From: an uncultured archaeon
GTDB lineage: Archaea > Aenigmatarchaeota > Aenigmatarchaeia > QMZP01 > JACQNV01
Assembly (NCBI GenBank): GCA_964410585.1
Contig: CAYPFW010000003.1
Span: 32,001-96,000, forward strand
DNA length: 64,000 nucleotides
Reading direction: 5' to 3'
This document shows, piece by piece, positions 1 to 9,429 of this stretch. The position numbers were made by a program, and so were the translations under genes. The notes beneath the pieces are model-generated. The model was not told the DNA's origin. It saw nothing but the letters and a program-made list of their open reading frames with translations, and did no database searches. How positions within the stretch are numbered: position 1 is the stretch's first letter; each line of letters begins with the position of its first letter.

Positions 1-619
1 GCTTTTTCTCAAGTTTAACATTGTCTGAATTTAATTTTAGTTTTCCATTTTCTGTTTCTGCAACCTTTTTAATTGCTTGAACAACAAGCTTTGACAAATG
101 CTCACTTGCTCTCTCTGCTGATTTTCCTGTCATTGCTGTGTTTGCAATTTGTTGCAAAAGATTTTCATCTTTCAAAGAAATATCGATTGCCATTTTTCTT
201 AAAGTTTCTAATGCCTTTTCTTTTGCAAGTCTATATCCCTTTGTGATTACAGTTGGATGTATCTCATCATCTAAAAGCTCGCCTGCTTTTTTCAAAAGTT
301 CTCCAGCCAAAACAACTGCTGTTGTTGTTCCATCGCCTACTTCTTGGTCTTGTGTTTTTGCAATTTCAACCATCATTTTTGCGGCTGGGTGTTCAATCTG
401 CATTTCTTGTAAGATTGTTGCACCATCATTTGTTATTGTAATATCACCAATAGAATCAACAAGCATCTTGTCCATTCCCTTTGGACCTAATGTAGTTCGC
501 ACAGCGTCTGCTACAGCCTTTGCTGCATCAATGTTTACTCTCTGTGCATCTTTTCCCTTGTTTCTCAAAGTGCCTTCTGGCAAAATCAAAATTGGTTGTC
601 CGCTAAATTGTCCGTTCAT
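1..619 (-). CDS. ths: Thermosome (group II chaperonin) subunit, 5' part; runs off the left edge
   Basis: Manual translation from ATG at 619: [16 protein letters not shown]...[16 protein letters not shown]...ITNDGATIL...[17 protein letters not shown]; GGAGG upstream. Not in the ORF track because it is truncated. Confidence 0.97.
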   Translation of the reverse strand, partial: MNGQFSGQPILILPEGTLRNKGKDAQRVNIDAAKAVADAVRTTLGPKGMDKMLVDSIGDITITNDGATILQEMQIEHPAAKMMVEIAKTQDQEVGDGTTTAVVLAGELLKKAGELLDDEIHPTVITKGYRLAKEKALETLRKMAIDISLKDENLLQQIANTAMTGKSAERASEHLSKLVVQAIKKVAETENGKLKLNSDNVKLEKK

Positions 620-797
620 ACTAATCCCTCCGTTTTGAAATTATTATTTACCTAGCTTAGAAGCTAGTTGTAGATTTCAAAAAGATAGCTTATATTACAC
701 ACTAGGTTTTTAAAGCTTTCGCCAAGTGGAAAACCAGTTAACATCGACACACTTTAAGGCTATATTAGCTTATATTTATCTAATACAAAAAGTCTTT

Positions 798-1814
798 ATG
801 AAGGCTGTTTATTTTGATAAGTTGGGTGGAACCGATGTCCTAAAATATGGTGAACTTTCAACACCAAAACCGAAAAAAGGCGAGGCATTGATTCGTGTTA
901 AAGCGTGTGCACTCAATTACTTGGATATTTGGCTTAGAAAAGATGAGACAAGGAACATACCTCTTCCACATGTCCCTGGCTCTGATGTTTCTGGAATAAT
1001 TGAAGAAATAAACGGGGAGAGCGAACTAAAAGTTGGAGACGAGATTGTTGTTAATCCTGCTATTCCTTGTGGTTCTTGCCCTAGGTGTGTACAACAGCAG
1101 CCATGTGAGTTGGTGAAAATTTTTGGCGCAAAAACTTGGGGCGGGTATGCTGAATATGTTGTTGTACCAATTCAACAATTATATCGAAAACCAAAAAACC
1201 TAAACTGGGCAGAGGCAGCTGCTTTTCCTTTGACTTTTCTAACAGCCTGGCATATGTTGGTTAGCAAAGCTAAACTGCAAAAGGGAGAAACTGTTTTTAT
1301 TTGGGGTGCCTCTGGCGGTCTTGGGATGGCTGCTATAGAAATTGCAAAATATTTTGGCGCGAAAGTGATAGCAGCTGCAAGAACAGATAAAACAGCTGAA
1401 AAAATAAAACAAATTAGAGCAGACGAAGTTGTTGTTTACACAAAAGAAAATGTTGAAGAAAGAATGAAAAAATTAACAGAGCATGGAGTAGATGTTGTTT
1501 TTGAAAGTGTTGGAGAGAAAACATGGAACACGAGTTTGAATATTCTTAGGTTTGGTGGGAGGCTTGTAATTGCCGGAGCAACAAGCGGTGAAATGGGGAC
1601 ACAAAGTTTGAGCGACTTATACTACAAACAGCTTTCTATTTTTGGATGTAGAATGGGGAACAGAGAAGAATTTGAACAAGTTCTAAAGGTTGTTGAACAA
1701 GGAAAAATAAAACCAAGAATCGATAAAGTTTTCCCGCTCAAAGATGGAACAAAAGCCCAACAAAGAATGGAAGAAGGAAAACATTTGGGAAAGATTGTTC
1801 TGGAAGTAAAATAG
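798..1814 (+). CDS. Zn-binding MDR-family alcohol dehydrogenase / quinone oxidoreductase
   Basis: MKAVYFDK start; PHVPGSDVSG, CGSCPRC...C Zn motif, WGASGGLG Rossmann motif, GKIVL end. Confidence 0.9.
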   Translation: MKAVYFDKLGGTDVLKYGELSTPKPKKGEALIRVKACALNYLDIWLRKDETRNIPLPHVPGSDVSGIIEEINGESELKVGDEIVVNPAIPCGSCPRCVQQQPCELVKIFGAKTWGGYAEYVVVPIQQLYRKPKNLNWAEAAAFPLTFLTAWHMLVSKAKLQKGETVFIWGASGGLGMAAIEIAKYFGAKVIAAARTDKTAEKIKQIRADEVVVYTKENVEERMKKLTEHGVDVVFESVGEKTWNTSLNILRFGGRLVIAGATSGEMGTQSLSDLYYKQLSIFGCRMGNREEFEQVLKVVEQGKIKPRIDKVFPLKDGTKAQQRMEEGKHLGKIVLEVK

Positions 1815-1981
1815 TGGACCCGCTGGGATTCGAACCCAGGACATCCAGCATCTACGCTGGACTAATCAGCAAACTGAGCTGATGTTTTTCTAAGCACGAA
1901 TGCTTAGCAGCCTTATAAGACTTGCACAATAATTGCAAAATGCAATTGATATGGCGCTCTGGCCAACTGAGCTACGGGTCC
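1815..1981 (-). tRNA. tRNA-Ile(UAU) with two introns (29/30: 1922-1951; 38/39: 1850-1912); CCA not encoded
   Basis: Acceptor GGACCCG/CGGGTCC-A, D arm GCTC-AGTTGGCCA-GAGC, T arm CTGGG-TTCGAAT-CCCAG. Removing two BHB-like introns gives anticodon arm CCAGT-CTTATAA-GCTGG (74-nt mature). Confidence 0.85.
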
Positions 1982-1992
1982 TTAACAGAAAG

Positions 1993-2054
1993 CTGCGATG
2001 TTATCGCAGAACCTCTGAATCTAAAATATTGCTTCTTCTTTATTTAACCTTTTT
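1993..2054 (-). promoter_or_regulatory. Putative BRE/TATA promoter and leader hairpin upstream of the tRNA; divergent from endoQ
   Basis: Minus strand AAAAAGGTTAAATAAAG near 2038-2054; hairpin ctgcgat-gtt-atcgcag at 1993-2009. Confidence 0.4.
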
Positions 2055-2088
2055 AGTTGCTTTTTATTATCTGAAATTAATTATCCCA

Positions 2089-3366
2089 ATGAAATTCTAC
2101 GGCGATTTTCACATTCATAGCAGCTATAGCAGGGCCTGCAGCAAGGATTTGAACATAGAAAATTTGGAAAAATATTCCAGGATGAAAGGCCTGAATGTAA
2201 TTGGCACAGGTGATTTTCAACATCCTAAATGGATAGTTCAACTCAAAGAAAATCTTAAAGATGATGGTTCTGGGATTCTAAAAACAAAAACAGGCTTTCC
2301 CTTCATTTGTACTTCAGAAGTTTCTCTGATGTATACACAAGACAAAAAAGGAAGAAGAATTCATTTTGTTTTGCTCTCACCGAATTTGGAAGTTGTAGAT
2401 CAGATAACAGAAGCCTTGAAAAAAAGAGGACGAGTAGATTATGATGGCCGCCCTATATTTGGGTTTTCAGCAATTGAACTTGTTGAGATGATGAATTCTA
2501 TTTCAGACAAAATAGAAATTATTCCAGCTCATTCCTGGACACCCTGGTTTGGAATTTTTGGAGAGAAAACAGGATTTGATTCTTTGGAAGAATGCTTTCA
2601 GGAAAAAACAAAATATATACATGCAATTGAAACAGGCCTGTCTAGCGATCCTGCAATGAATTGGCGCATACCGTTTTTGGATAATATCAATCTAGTTTCA
2701 TTTAGTGATAATCATTCTTACTGGCCTTGGAGAATAGGAAGAGAGGCGACTGTATTTGATTTGAAAGAATTATCGTATGACAATTTACTAAAAGCAATTA
2801 GAACAGGACAAGGATTAACAGGGACATTAGAATTTTTTCCAGAGGAAGGGAAGTATCACTGGGATGGGCACAGAAATTGTGGAGTTGTTTTGTCGCCGCA
2901 GGAATCACAGAAGGTCGGTGGGATTTGTCCGAAGTGTGGAAGTAAGTTGACTTTGGGTGTTGAATACAGGGTTGAACAACTTGCAAAAAGACCCGCTGGC
3001 TACAAGCCGAAAAACGCAAAAGAATTTTCGTCGCTTATACCGCTTTCTGAAATCATACAGCACCATATGAACCAAACAAATGTAGCATCAAAAAAAGTTT
3101 GGGAAGTTTACAACAAATTGATTGAAAGTTTTGGAAATGAGCTGAACATACTTTTAGATGTTTCAAAAGAAAACTTGGAAAAAGTTGTTGAAAAGGAACT
3201 AGCTGAAAAAATAATCGCTGTAAGGAACAAGGAAGTTTGGGTTTTCCCTGGGTTTGATGGTGAATATGGGAAAATATTTTTTGACAAAAAGGAATATGAC
3301 AAGTTGATGGCAAACAAAGAGACAACAAAGAAAACAAAGGCACAAAAAAATTTGCTGGATTTCTAA
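2089..3366 (+). CDS. endoQ: Endonuclease Q family (PHP domain + Zn finger) DNA repair nuclease
   Basis: DFHIHS, PAHSWTPWFG, ETGLSSD, SDNHS, GKYH..GHRNC, CPKCG, PGFDGEYG. Start moved to ATG 2089 because the track ORF overlaps the tRNA. Confidence 0.88.
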   Translation: MKFYGDFHIHSSYSRACSKDLNIENLEKYSRMKGLNVIGTGDFQHPKWIVQLKENLKDDGSGILKTKTGFPFICTSEVSLMYTQDKKGRRIHFVLLSPNLEVVDQITEALKKRGRVDYDGRPIFGFSAIELVEMMNSISDKIEIIPAHSWTPWFGIFGEKTGFDSLEECFQEKTKYIHAIETGLSSDPAMNWRIPFLDNINLVSFSDNHSYWPWRIGREATVFDLKELSYDNLLKAIRTGQGLTGTLEFFPEEGKYHWDGHRNCGVVLSPQESQKVGGICPKCGSKLTLGVEYRVEQLAKRPAGYKPKNAKEFSSLIPLSEIIQHHMNQTNVASKKVWEVYNKLIESFGNELNILLDVSKENLEKVVEKELAEKIIAVRNKEVWVFPGFDGEYGKIFFDKKEYDKLMANKETTKKTKAQKNLLDF

Positions 3367-3368
3367 GT

Positions 3369-3545
3369 GTATATTTTTGATTTTTGGGTACGGTATCTGC
3401 ATCTCTCGGAGAGATGATGCAGAGATGTCTCGTGAACTATTAACAGTTCACTCTGTTAGTTGGAGACACGAGCCTTTTGAGGACGAGTCGGATACCGAAG
3501 CTGACTTCGTCAGCTTCCAATTGAGAACTCCTGGAAAAGGCTAGC
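3369..3545. repeat. Structured GC-rich intergenic element, copy A (MITE/REP-like or ncRNA)
   Basis: Multiple stems (cggtatc/gataccg, tgtctc/gagaca, gtgaac/gttcac, gaagctgac/gtcagcttc, agcctttt/aaaaggct); shares exact blocks with 17311-17496. Confidence 0.65.
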
Positions 3546-3546
3546 T

Positions 3547-4404
3547 CTAAATTTTTCCAGAAGTATCAATTGCTATTGTTGCTTCGTCTTCTGTTTTGTA
3601 TTCATAGTTGAGAGTGACTCTGATTATAGGATATTTGTCGAATTGCGGCTGCGTAGACTCGATGATTGTACAAGGCAGCGTATATGACTCATCCTTTTTC
3701 AAAGATTTGACACCAGTAGATTGACATGTGTCAGAAAATTTCACGCCTTGCTCTAAGAGCTCAACTTGGTAGCTGAACTTGTTCTCCCCATTTTTACAAT
3801 CTGGTGAACAAACAATTCCTCCACCTACATTTTTCACTGTTATCAATATTGGCGAGCTAAATGTATTTTGGAAAACAGTTACTGGAGTTTTTGCTTGAAT
3901 ATCTATACTCAAAGGTGAATTTTTAGGTGATACACCTTCTACAAAAGTAAGTGGTGCACCAGAATCACGCGCTAATCTAGCCTGCTCATATGATTTCACT
4001 TGTATTGCTTCTGTGGCAACTGATGTGTATTTGTAAATAACAGAAATCCGTGCCTGCTTTTCCACTTTTAATCCAGAAGGTATATCTGGAACATGTCCTG
4101 AGAAAGAGCACGATTCTTCCTGACTGGCCATGAGTTTAGTATTCAGTTTACATGAGGGCTGAAGATTGAACTCAGAAGTTGTTTCCACCTTTATTGAATC
4201 TGCCTCCTCGCTTCCTATGTTTTCTAAAACAAGGTCAAATTCAATGGGTTGGTTTGGTAGGAATGTTTGTGAAGAATCAATTATTATTGGCGCCCACTCT
4301 TTTATTATTAATCCGCTTGTGGCCTTGTGAATGTCGCCACCATTTTGAACACAACCAGAAAGAAAAACTAGTAAAGCGATAAAAAAGAGAAAGCTCTTAC
4401 GCAT
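3547..4404 (-). CDS. Predicted lipoprotein (DPANN-type, beta-rich), paralog 3
   Basis: Basic N-terminus, hydrophobic stretch, FLSGC lipobox; LENIG..A, YKY, NVGGG, YEY motifs shared with neighbours. Confidence 0.75.
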   Translation of the reverse strand: MRKSFLFFIALLVFLSGCVQNGGDIHKATSGLIIKEWAPIIIDSSQTFLPNQPIEFDLVLENIGSEEADSIKVETTSEFNLQPSCKLNTKLMASQEESCSFSGHVPDIPSGLKVEKQARISVIYKYTSVATEAIQVKSYEQARLARDSGAPLTFVEGVSPKNSPLSIDIQAKTPVTVFQNTFSSPILITVKNVGGGIVCSPDCKNGENKFSYQVELLEQGVKFSDTCQSTGVKSLKKDESYTLPCTIIESTQPQFDKYPIIRVTLNYEYKTEDEATIAIDTSGKI

Positions 4405-4408
4405 AGGT

Positions 4409-5314
4409 CTATTCAACTTTTGTTCCCTTTATGCTGACTGCAAGGCTTTTTTGAACCCTATATGTGTAAGTTATTTTTGCCTTGATGACACCAGATTCCT
4501 GGAATTGGACATCTGAAGGAAGTTGGACAGAGCATGTTACTGTTGTTGGCCTGTCTCTTGTTACCTTTACCTCAGGTTGATTGACAGAGCATGTCGGTAC
4601 TGTGTTTCCTAAAACTTGGAATTGATCTAATCTTACTAAAAAGTCTCTGGCTGCTGCCCCGCCACCCATATCCTGTGTGACTGTTCCACCAGTAGGACCA
4701 GTATTTTGTAGTTTCAAGCTCACTGTCATTTGCCTATTAGGACCAGCTTTGACAACATCTAAAGATTGTATTGTTAAAGATACAGGGCCTTCACCGCCTT
4801 TTGATTCTGCATTTACAGCAGATGATCCACCAGAATCAAGTGTTTGTCTTATTGATTGAGCATCAACAACTGAAAATGTCTTTGCAACTTCTGTTTCATA
4901 ATCATAAGATACATATAAATCAACTGGGATGCTTTGTGTGTCTGTTGAAATTGGCTCATCTATCACCTGACCAGTTACCTGAGGAAGCGTTACAGATGAT
5001 GTACCAGCGCCTGCTTCAACTCCTGGAAGTGTTGTTGTTGGAAGTTGAGGTGATTGAACTGAAAGGAATCTACTATTCGTACTTAAAGCAGCTCTCAGAT
5101 TTTTAGCATCTTGTTTTCCACTATTTTCCAGCTCTATATTTACAAAAAATTGTTCGCCTTTTGAAACAGCCCCTGGCGGACTAAGTGAAAAATCCTTTAT
5201 GATAAGACCCTGATTTGAGCCGCCTCCACCACCACCATCTACACAACCAGAAACAAAAACAACTAGGAAAATAGGAATTATGTACAATAATTTGCGGTTA
5301 AATTTTGTTTTCAT
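4409..5314 (-). CDS. Predicted lipoprotein, paralog 2
   Basis: MKTKFNRK...FVSGC lipobox, Gly linker; LENSG..A, YDYET, GPV, YTY motifs. Confidence 0.75.
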   Translation of the reverse strand: MKTKFNRKLLYIIPIFLVVFVSGCVDGGGGGGSNQGLIIKDFSLSPPGAVSKGEQFFVNIELENSGKQDAKNLRAALSTNSRFLSVQSPQLPTTTLPGVEAGAGTSSVTLPQVTGQVIDEPISTDTQSIPVDLYVSYDYETEVAKTFSVVDAQSIRQTLDSGGSSAVNAESKGGEGPVSLTIQSLDVVKAGPNRQMTVSLKLQNTGPTGGTVTQDMGGGAAARDFLVRLDQFQVLGNTVPTCSVNQPEVKVTRDRPTTVTCSVQLPSDVQFQESGVIKAKITYTYRVQKSLAVSIKGTKVE

Positions 5315-5370
5315 CTTATTATTTGGTTGCATTAATTTATAAGTTTGATATTTGATAACCAATCAATCGA

Positions 5371-6294
5371 TTATCTATATGTTACTGTTATTTGCGGTGT
5401 TCTGTAGACTATTTGATATGAGTATTTTGCTTTAACAACAACATCTGTTGAATCCTCATTTGTTGGGGTTTCTGATTTGCATGGTATGACTTTCAAGTCG
5501 CCACTTATCCCCTCTATTTTGTCCCCAGCATTTATTTCAACATCTTTACCGTTTATTGTGCAAACTGTGTTTGGGAATTTTTTGAACAAATCAATATCTG
5601 TGATTTCAATTTCATTGCCTACAAGTCTGACTTCTTTTTCATCTGAAGATGGGTGCTTTGCTTTTTCTATGTACAGATTTATCCTAAAAGGCCTTGGAGA
5701 TGATGTGACTTTTATTGGCTGAGCTTCTTCGACTTTGAAATAAACTTTGACAGGGCCTGTTCCCTTTGTTGGTTCCTGAACGCTTTGCTCAGTTGCTGTT
5801 GTTCTGAATGCAATACTTGTGAGCCCTGATGTTTCATACTCATAATCTGTAAGGATATCAAATGTACATTGAGGAGCGATCTCTGCTATATCTCTTTGTT
5901 TGAAAAGCACATTCCATATGACAGATTCGCCTGTTGGTGTATCGCCTATAGGCTGGAGATCTAGATTTTGGCATCCCCATCCTGTTATTGAACTTGTACC
6001 AAATGGATTTGAATTCGCAGGACAGACAGGCTTTACAGATTCCACTTCACATGTTGGATTAGAAAGAATGACCTTTGTTTTTATTGGTGGGTTTAGCAAA
6101 TTTGTGTCAGCGTTTTTTACTTTTACTTCTAAGGAATATGGTTCTGTTGAAAAAAGCTTTGTTGAGCCTGGAACAATTTCAAAAACTTTTATCACATCTG
6201 TCCCACCAACAAAATTATTTCCATTTCCTGGCCATTTGATACAACCAGAAAGTATAACAATTGCAAGGACTGGAAGAAGATAAGCAAATTTCAT
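5371..6294 (-). CDS. Predicted lipoprotein, paralog 1
   Basis: ILSGC lipobox; YEYET, GPV, YSY motifs. Confidence 0.75.
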   Translation of the reverse strand: MKFAYLLPVLAIVILSGCIKWPGNGNNFVGGTDVIKVFEIVPGSTKLFSTEPYSLEVKVKNADTNLLNPPIKTKVILSNPTCEVESVKPVCPANSNPFGTSSITGWGCQNLDLQPIGDTPTGESVIWNVLFKQRDIAEIAPQCTFDILTDYEYETSGLTSIAFRTTATEQSVQEPTKGTGPVKVYFKVEEAQPIKVTSSPRPFRINLYIEKAKHPSSDEKEVRLVGNEIEITDIDLFKKFPNTVCTINGKDVEINAGDKIEGISGDLKVIPCKSETPTNEDSTDVVVKAKYSYQIVYRTPQITVTYR

Positions 6295-6332
6295 AGTATT
6301 AGTTAGCCGAATAAGTTTAAATGTTATTAGAA

Positions 6333-6737
6333 CTAGTCTGCAATCTCAAACTTTAAACCGTAGTGGATGAGACCATCTGAATTGTCTTCATAGATTTTTC
6401 TGAAAATAGGCTTGACTTTTTTTCCAACTTGGATTTTTGTGTGGTCGCCAACAACTGGTGCAGAAATATTTGTGCCTTCTTCTAATCGTATGATAGCGAC
6501 TGCGTATGGAGATATTTTTTCAAAACCTTCTGGGGCTGCATGGATAACTGTGTAGGAAAGGACTTCACCTTTTCCTGAGAATTTAAATTCTTCTAGTTGG
6601 CCTTTTCTTCTACAATCTGTGCACAATTTTCTTGGCGGATAGAAGACAGCAAAGCATGTTGCACATTTTGTGCCTATTAAATTATATTTGTGTCTCCTCA
6701 ATCTCCAATAAATTGGTATGCTAGCTTTATGTGGCAT
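6333..6737 (-). CDS. DUF35 Zn-ribbon/OB-fold protein (scaffold of the thiolase/HMG-CoA synthase complex)
   Basis: CATC...PPR..CTDC, G.GEVLSYTVIH, PYAVAIIRLEEG; directly downstream of the thiolase. Confidence 0.93.
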   Translation of the reverse strand: MPHKASIPIYWRLRRHKYNLIGTKCATCFAVFYPPRKLCTDCRRKGQLEEFKFSGKGEVLSYTVIHAAPEGFEKISPYAVAIIRLEEGTNISAPVVGDHTKIQVGKKVKPIFRKIYEDNSDGLIHYGLKFEIAD

Positions 6738-6738
6738 A

Positions 6739-7899
6739 TTATTCGTTAGACAGGATTGTCACAACCGAAGTTGCGCCTGAACCTCCTACATTCAAAGCTA
6801 AACCTTTTTTTGCGCCGTTAACTTGTAAGACGCCTGCTTTTCCTCTCAACTGCGTCATCAAATCTATTATTTGGCGGACACCTGTTGCACCAACTGGGTG
6901 CCCTATACCTTTCAAGCCGCCCATTGTGTTGATTGGTTTTTCGCCGCCGATTTTTATTTTACCATCTTCAACAAACTTCCCACCTTCGCCTTTTTTGCAG
7001 AAGCCTAAATCTTCTGTTGCAACTATTTCATTTATTGAAAAACAATCATGGACTTCTGCCAGATCTATTTTTTCTGGCGACAAACCAGCTTGCTGGTATG
7101 CCAATTTTGCGGCGACCTTTGTTGCATTCATTTCTGTCAAAGATTTTCTATCGTGGAGAGCTAAAGCATCTGAAGCCTGCTCACATGAATTTATCCAAAT
7201 TGGATTTGCCATTTGTTTTGCTATTTTTTCAGATGCCAAAACAACAGCAGCTGCCCCATCTGTTAGCGGTGAGCAGTCTAAAAGCCTTAAAGGGTCTGCA
7301 ATTAAAGTGGATTCTAAAACTTCTTGCAGGGAAACTTCAAAAGGAAATTGAGCTTTTGGATTTTTTGCTGCGTTTTTGTGGTTGTTGACTGAGACAAGGG
7401 CGAGCTGTTCCCTTGTTGTACCGTATTGAGACATGTGCGCACGTGCTATTAAAGCGTATAAACCAGCAAATGTCAGGCCTATTGCAGATTCCCACTCTTG
7501 GTCGCCTGCGCCCATTAAAGTTGAAACAGCAACTTCGCCCTTTATGTCTGTCATTTTTTCTGCGCCTGCTGCGATAACAATATCATACCTTCCAGATTCA
7601 ATTGCCATTATTGCTTTTCTGAAAGCTAAGGCCCCAGAAGCGCATGCACCTTCGCATCTTGTTGCTGGTATTGGATTTAAACCAGCTTGCTCTGCTGCTA
7701 AAGCTGCTAGATGTTCTTGTCCGATAAATTTTCCAGCAGCCATATTTCCAATGTACAGGGCTTGTACATCTTTTCCTTCTAGCTTTGCATCTGCTAGGGC
7801 TAAGGCTCCTGCTTCTACTGATAAATCTCTCAAAGACTTGTCCCAATGTTCTCCAAATTTGGTGTACGCACCACCAATTACTGCGACTTTTTGTGACAT
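6739..7899 (-). CDS. Acetoacetyl-CoA thiolase (archaeal type)
   Basis: EGACASG, AEVHDCF, GHPVGATG, NVGG motifs; start MSQKVAVIG at 7899. Confidence 0.95.
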   Translation of the reverse strand: MSQKVAVIGGAYTKFGEHWDKSLRDLSVEAGALALADAKLEGKDVQALYIGNMAAGKFIGQEHLAALAAEQAGLNPIPATRCEGACASGALAFRKAIMAIESGRYDIVIAAGAEKMTDIKGEVAVSTLMGAGDQEWESAIGLTFAGLYALIARAHMSQYGTTREQLALVSVNNHKNAAKNPKAQFPFEVSLQEVLESTLIADPLRLLDCSPLTDGAAAVVLASEKIAKQMANPIWINSCEQASDALALHDRKSLTEMNATKVAAKLAYQQAGLSPEKIDLAEVHDCFSINEIVATEDLGFCKKGEGGKFVEDGKIKIGGEKPINTMGGLKGIGHPVGATGVRQIIDLMTQLRGKAGVLQVNGAKKGLALNVGGSGATSVVTILSNE

Positions 7900-7903
7900 A
7901 TTA

Positions 7904-8164
7904 TTACAACTCCCACTCATAGACAGTTCGTGTTCTTCCATCTGTTGAAACTGCACACTCCATTAAACCTCTCTCATTTTTATTCACATCAACATAATGA
8001 CCGTGATTAGGACCACCATTTGAAATTTCATAGTGATAAGGTCTGAATCCTCCTTGCATTTCCTCTTTTTCATGGAGAGATTTTAAAATTGCACGCACAC
8101 CAAATCCTGCTGAAGCTGCGTGGACCAAAAACTTCTTCCTCAAATCTCTTGCTTGCTCTATCAT
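7904..8164 (-). CDS. Hypothetical 86-aa protein between HMG-CoA synthase and thiolase
   Basis: GAGGAG SD-like site upstream; stop 4 nt before the thiolase ATG; no recognisable motif. Confidence 0.6.
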   Translation of the reverse strand: MIEQARDLRKKFLVHAASAGFGVRAILKSLHEKEEMQGGFRPYHYEISNGGPNHGHYVDVNKNERGLMECAVSTDGRTRTVYEWEL

Positions 8165-8240
8165 ATTTTTCTCCTCAATCTAATTTGTATATCAGTTTCT
8201 TTTGGATAGACTGTAGACTTTTCTTTTCGAAAGAAAAGGC

Positions 8241-9314
8241 TTAGATTTTCAGTTTCTTCCTGAGTTTTACGTAAAGTCCGTAATCAATGTACTCTTTGCG
8301 GTTTAGGTAATATTCTGTTTTTGTGGCCAGGTTTTGGCGCTCTGTGATCAAGTCAGTGACATTGAAAACAAAAGCATCGGAGCCTGCACCAGAACCATAC
8401 GAAGTCATTAGAATTTTCTGCCCAGGTTTTGCGATGTCTAAAATCGCAGACAAACCCAAAGGCGAGGCGCCTGAATAACAATTGCCTATTTTTGTGACAA
8501 CCAAACTTGGCTCAAGTTTTTCCATTGGGAAACCCAAAGCCTTTGCTGCTGTTGTTGGAAACTTTCCATTTGGCATGTGCAAAACAACATGATCAAAATC
8601 AGCTGGCTTGTAGCCTAGCTTGTCCATCAAGGTTTGGGCAGCTGTTGAAACATGCTTGAAGTATGCTGGTTTTCCAGTGAACCGTGCTGCATGGGATGGG
8701 TAGTCTTCGCCTTCTCTTCTCCAGAAATCTGATGTATCTGTTGTGTAGGAATATGTGCCTTCTATTTCAGCAACTGGATTTGGACCGATGACAAAAGCTG
8801 CGCCGCCTGCGCCTGCTGAAAACTCTAAAGCATCCCCTGGCCGACCTTGGGATGTATCAGCGCCTATTGCCATTCCATAGGGAATTATTCCTGCTTTTAC
8901 AAGACCATAACAACACTGCATTGCAGCTGTTCCAGCTTTGCAAGCAAATTCAAAATCAGCAACCATTAAATCATAACCAAGCTCCAAAGCCTCGCTAACT
9001 ATTGTTCCAGACGGCTTCACAGCATATGGATGGGATTCTGATCCTATGTATAGGGCGCCAATATCCTGGGGATTGATTTTGGCTCGAGCTAAGGCGTTTT
9101 TGCCTGCTTCTACTGAAATAGTGATTGTGTCCTCATCTATATCTGGCACGCTCTTTTCATTTATCATCAAACCTTCTTTTATGTCTTCTGCGTTCTTGCC
9201 CCAGACCCTTGCTATTTCTTCTGCCCTTATTCTAAACCTAGGGACATATGCGCCCCAACCTACAATACCAACAGATTTGCCTGCAATAACATCGCGGCTT
9301 TCTTCTTTAGACAT
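8241..9314 (-). CDS. hmgS: Hydroxymethylglutaryl-CoA synthase (archaeal)
   Basis: [45 protein letters not shown]; SD AGGAGG before ATG 9314. Confidence 0.96.
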   Translation of the reverse strand: MSKEESRDVIAGKSVGIVGWGAYVPRFRIRAEEIARVWGKNAEDIKEGLMINEKSVPDIDEDTITISVEAGKNALARAKINPQDIGALYIGSESHPYAVKPSGTIVSEALELGYDLMVADFEFACKAGTAAMQCCYGLVKAGIIPYGMAIGADTSQGRPGDALEFSAGAGGAAFVIGPNPVAEIEGTYSYTTDTSDFWRREGEDYPSHAARFTGKPAYFKHVSTAAQTLMDKLGYKPADFDHVVLHMPNGKFPTTAAKALGFPMEKLEPSLVVTKIGNCYSGASPLGLSAILDIAKPGQKILMTSYGSGAGSDAFVFNVTDLITERQNLATKTEYYLNRKEYIDYGLYVKLRKKLKI

Positions 9315-9429
9315 ATTAGAATTTGGCCTCCTAAAACTTAAGGTTAATCTACTATATGTGATAGACAAGTTTTAAATACTGTCTATATAGAATACGACAA
9401 AAGGATAAATAGATATAACAGTGTTATAG

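Noticed and set aside
138-638. 166-aa plus-strand ORF, and similar shadow ORFs (e.g. 6731-7351, 7433-7948, 19192-19872, 25305-25820, 41559-42128)
   Set aside because: Antisense to well-supported genes (thermosome, thiolase, PGF-pre-PGF, S-layer, AglH) with no motifs of their own.
1860-1875. Alternative splicing to tRNA-Ile(GAU) using CTGATTA inside intron 2
   Set aside because: No BHB geometry places this triplet in a 7-nt loop on the CCAGT/GCTGG stem.
1933-2088. N-terminal extension of the EndoQ ORF in the track
   Set aside because: Overlaps the tRNA and its promoter; family similarity starts at ATG 2089.
3490-3520. Possible hammerhead ribozyme (CTGACGA on the minus strand of element A)
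   Set aside because: No GAAA after the would-be stem II, and the motif sits inside a perfect hairpin.
3369-3545. Element A as RNase P or SRP RNA
   Set aside because: GAGGACGAGTC only loosely resembles the RNase P CR-I motif, no SRP helix-8 motif is present, it is short, and a related second copy exists.
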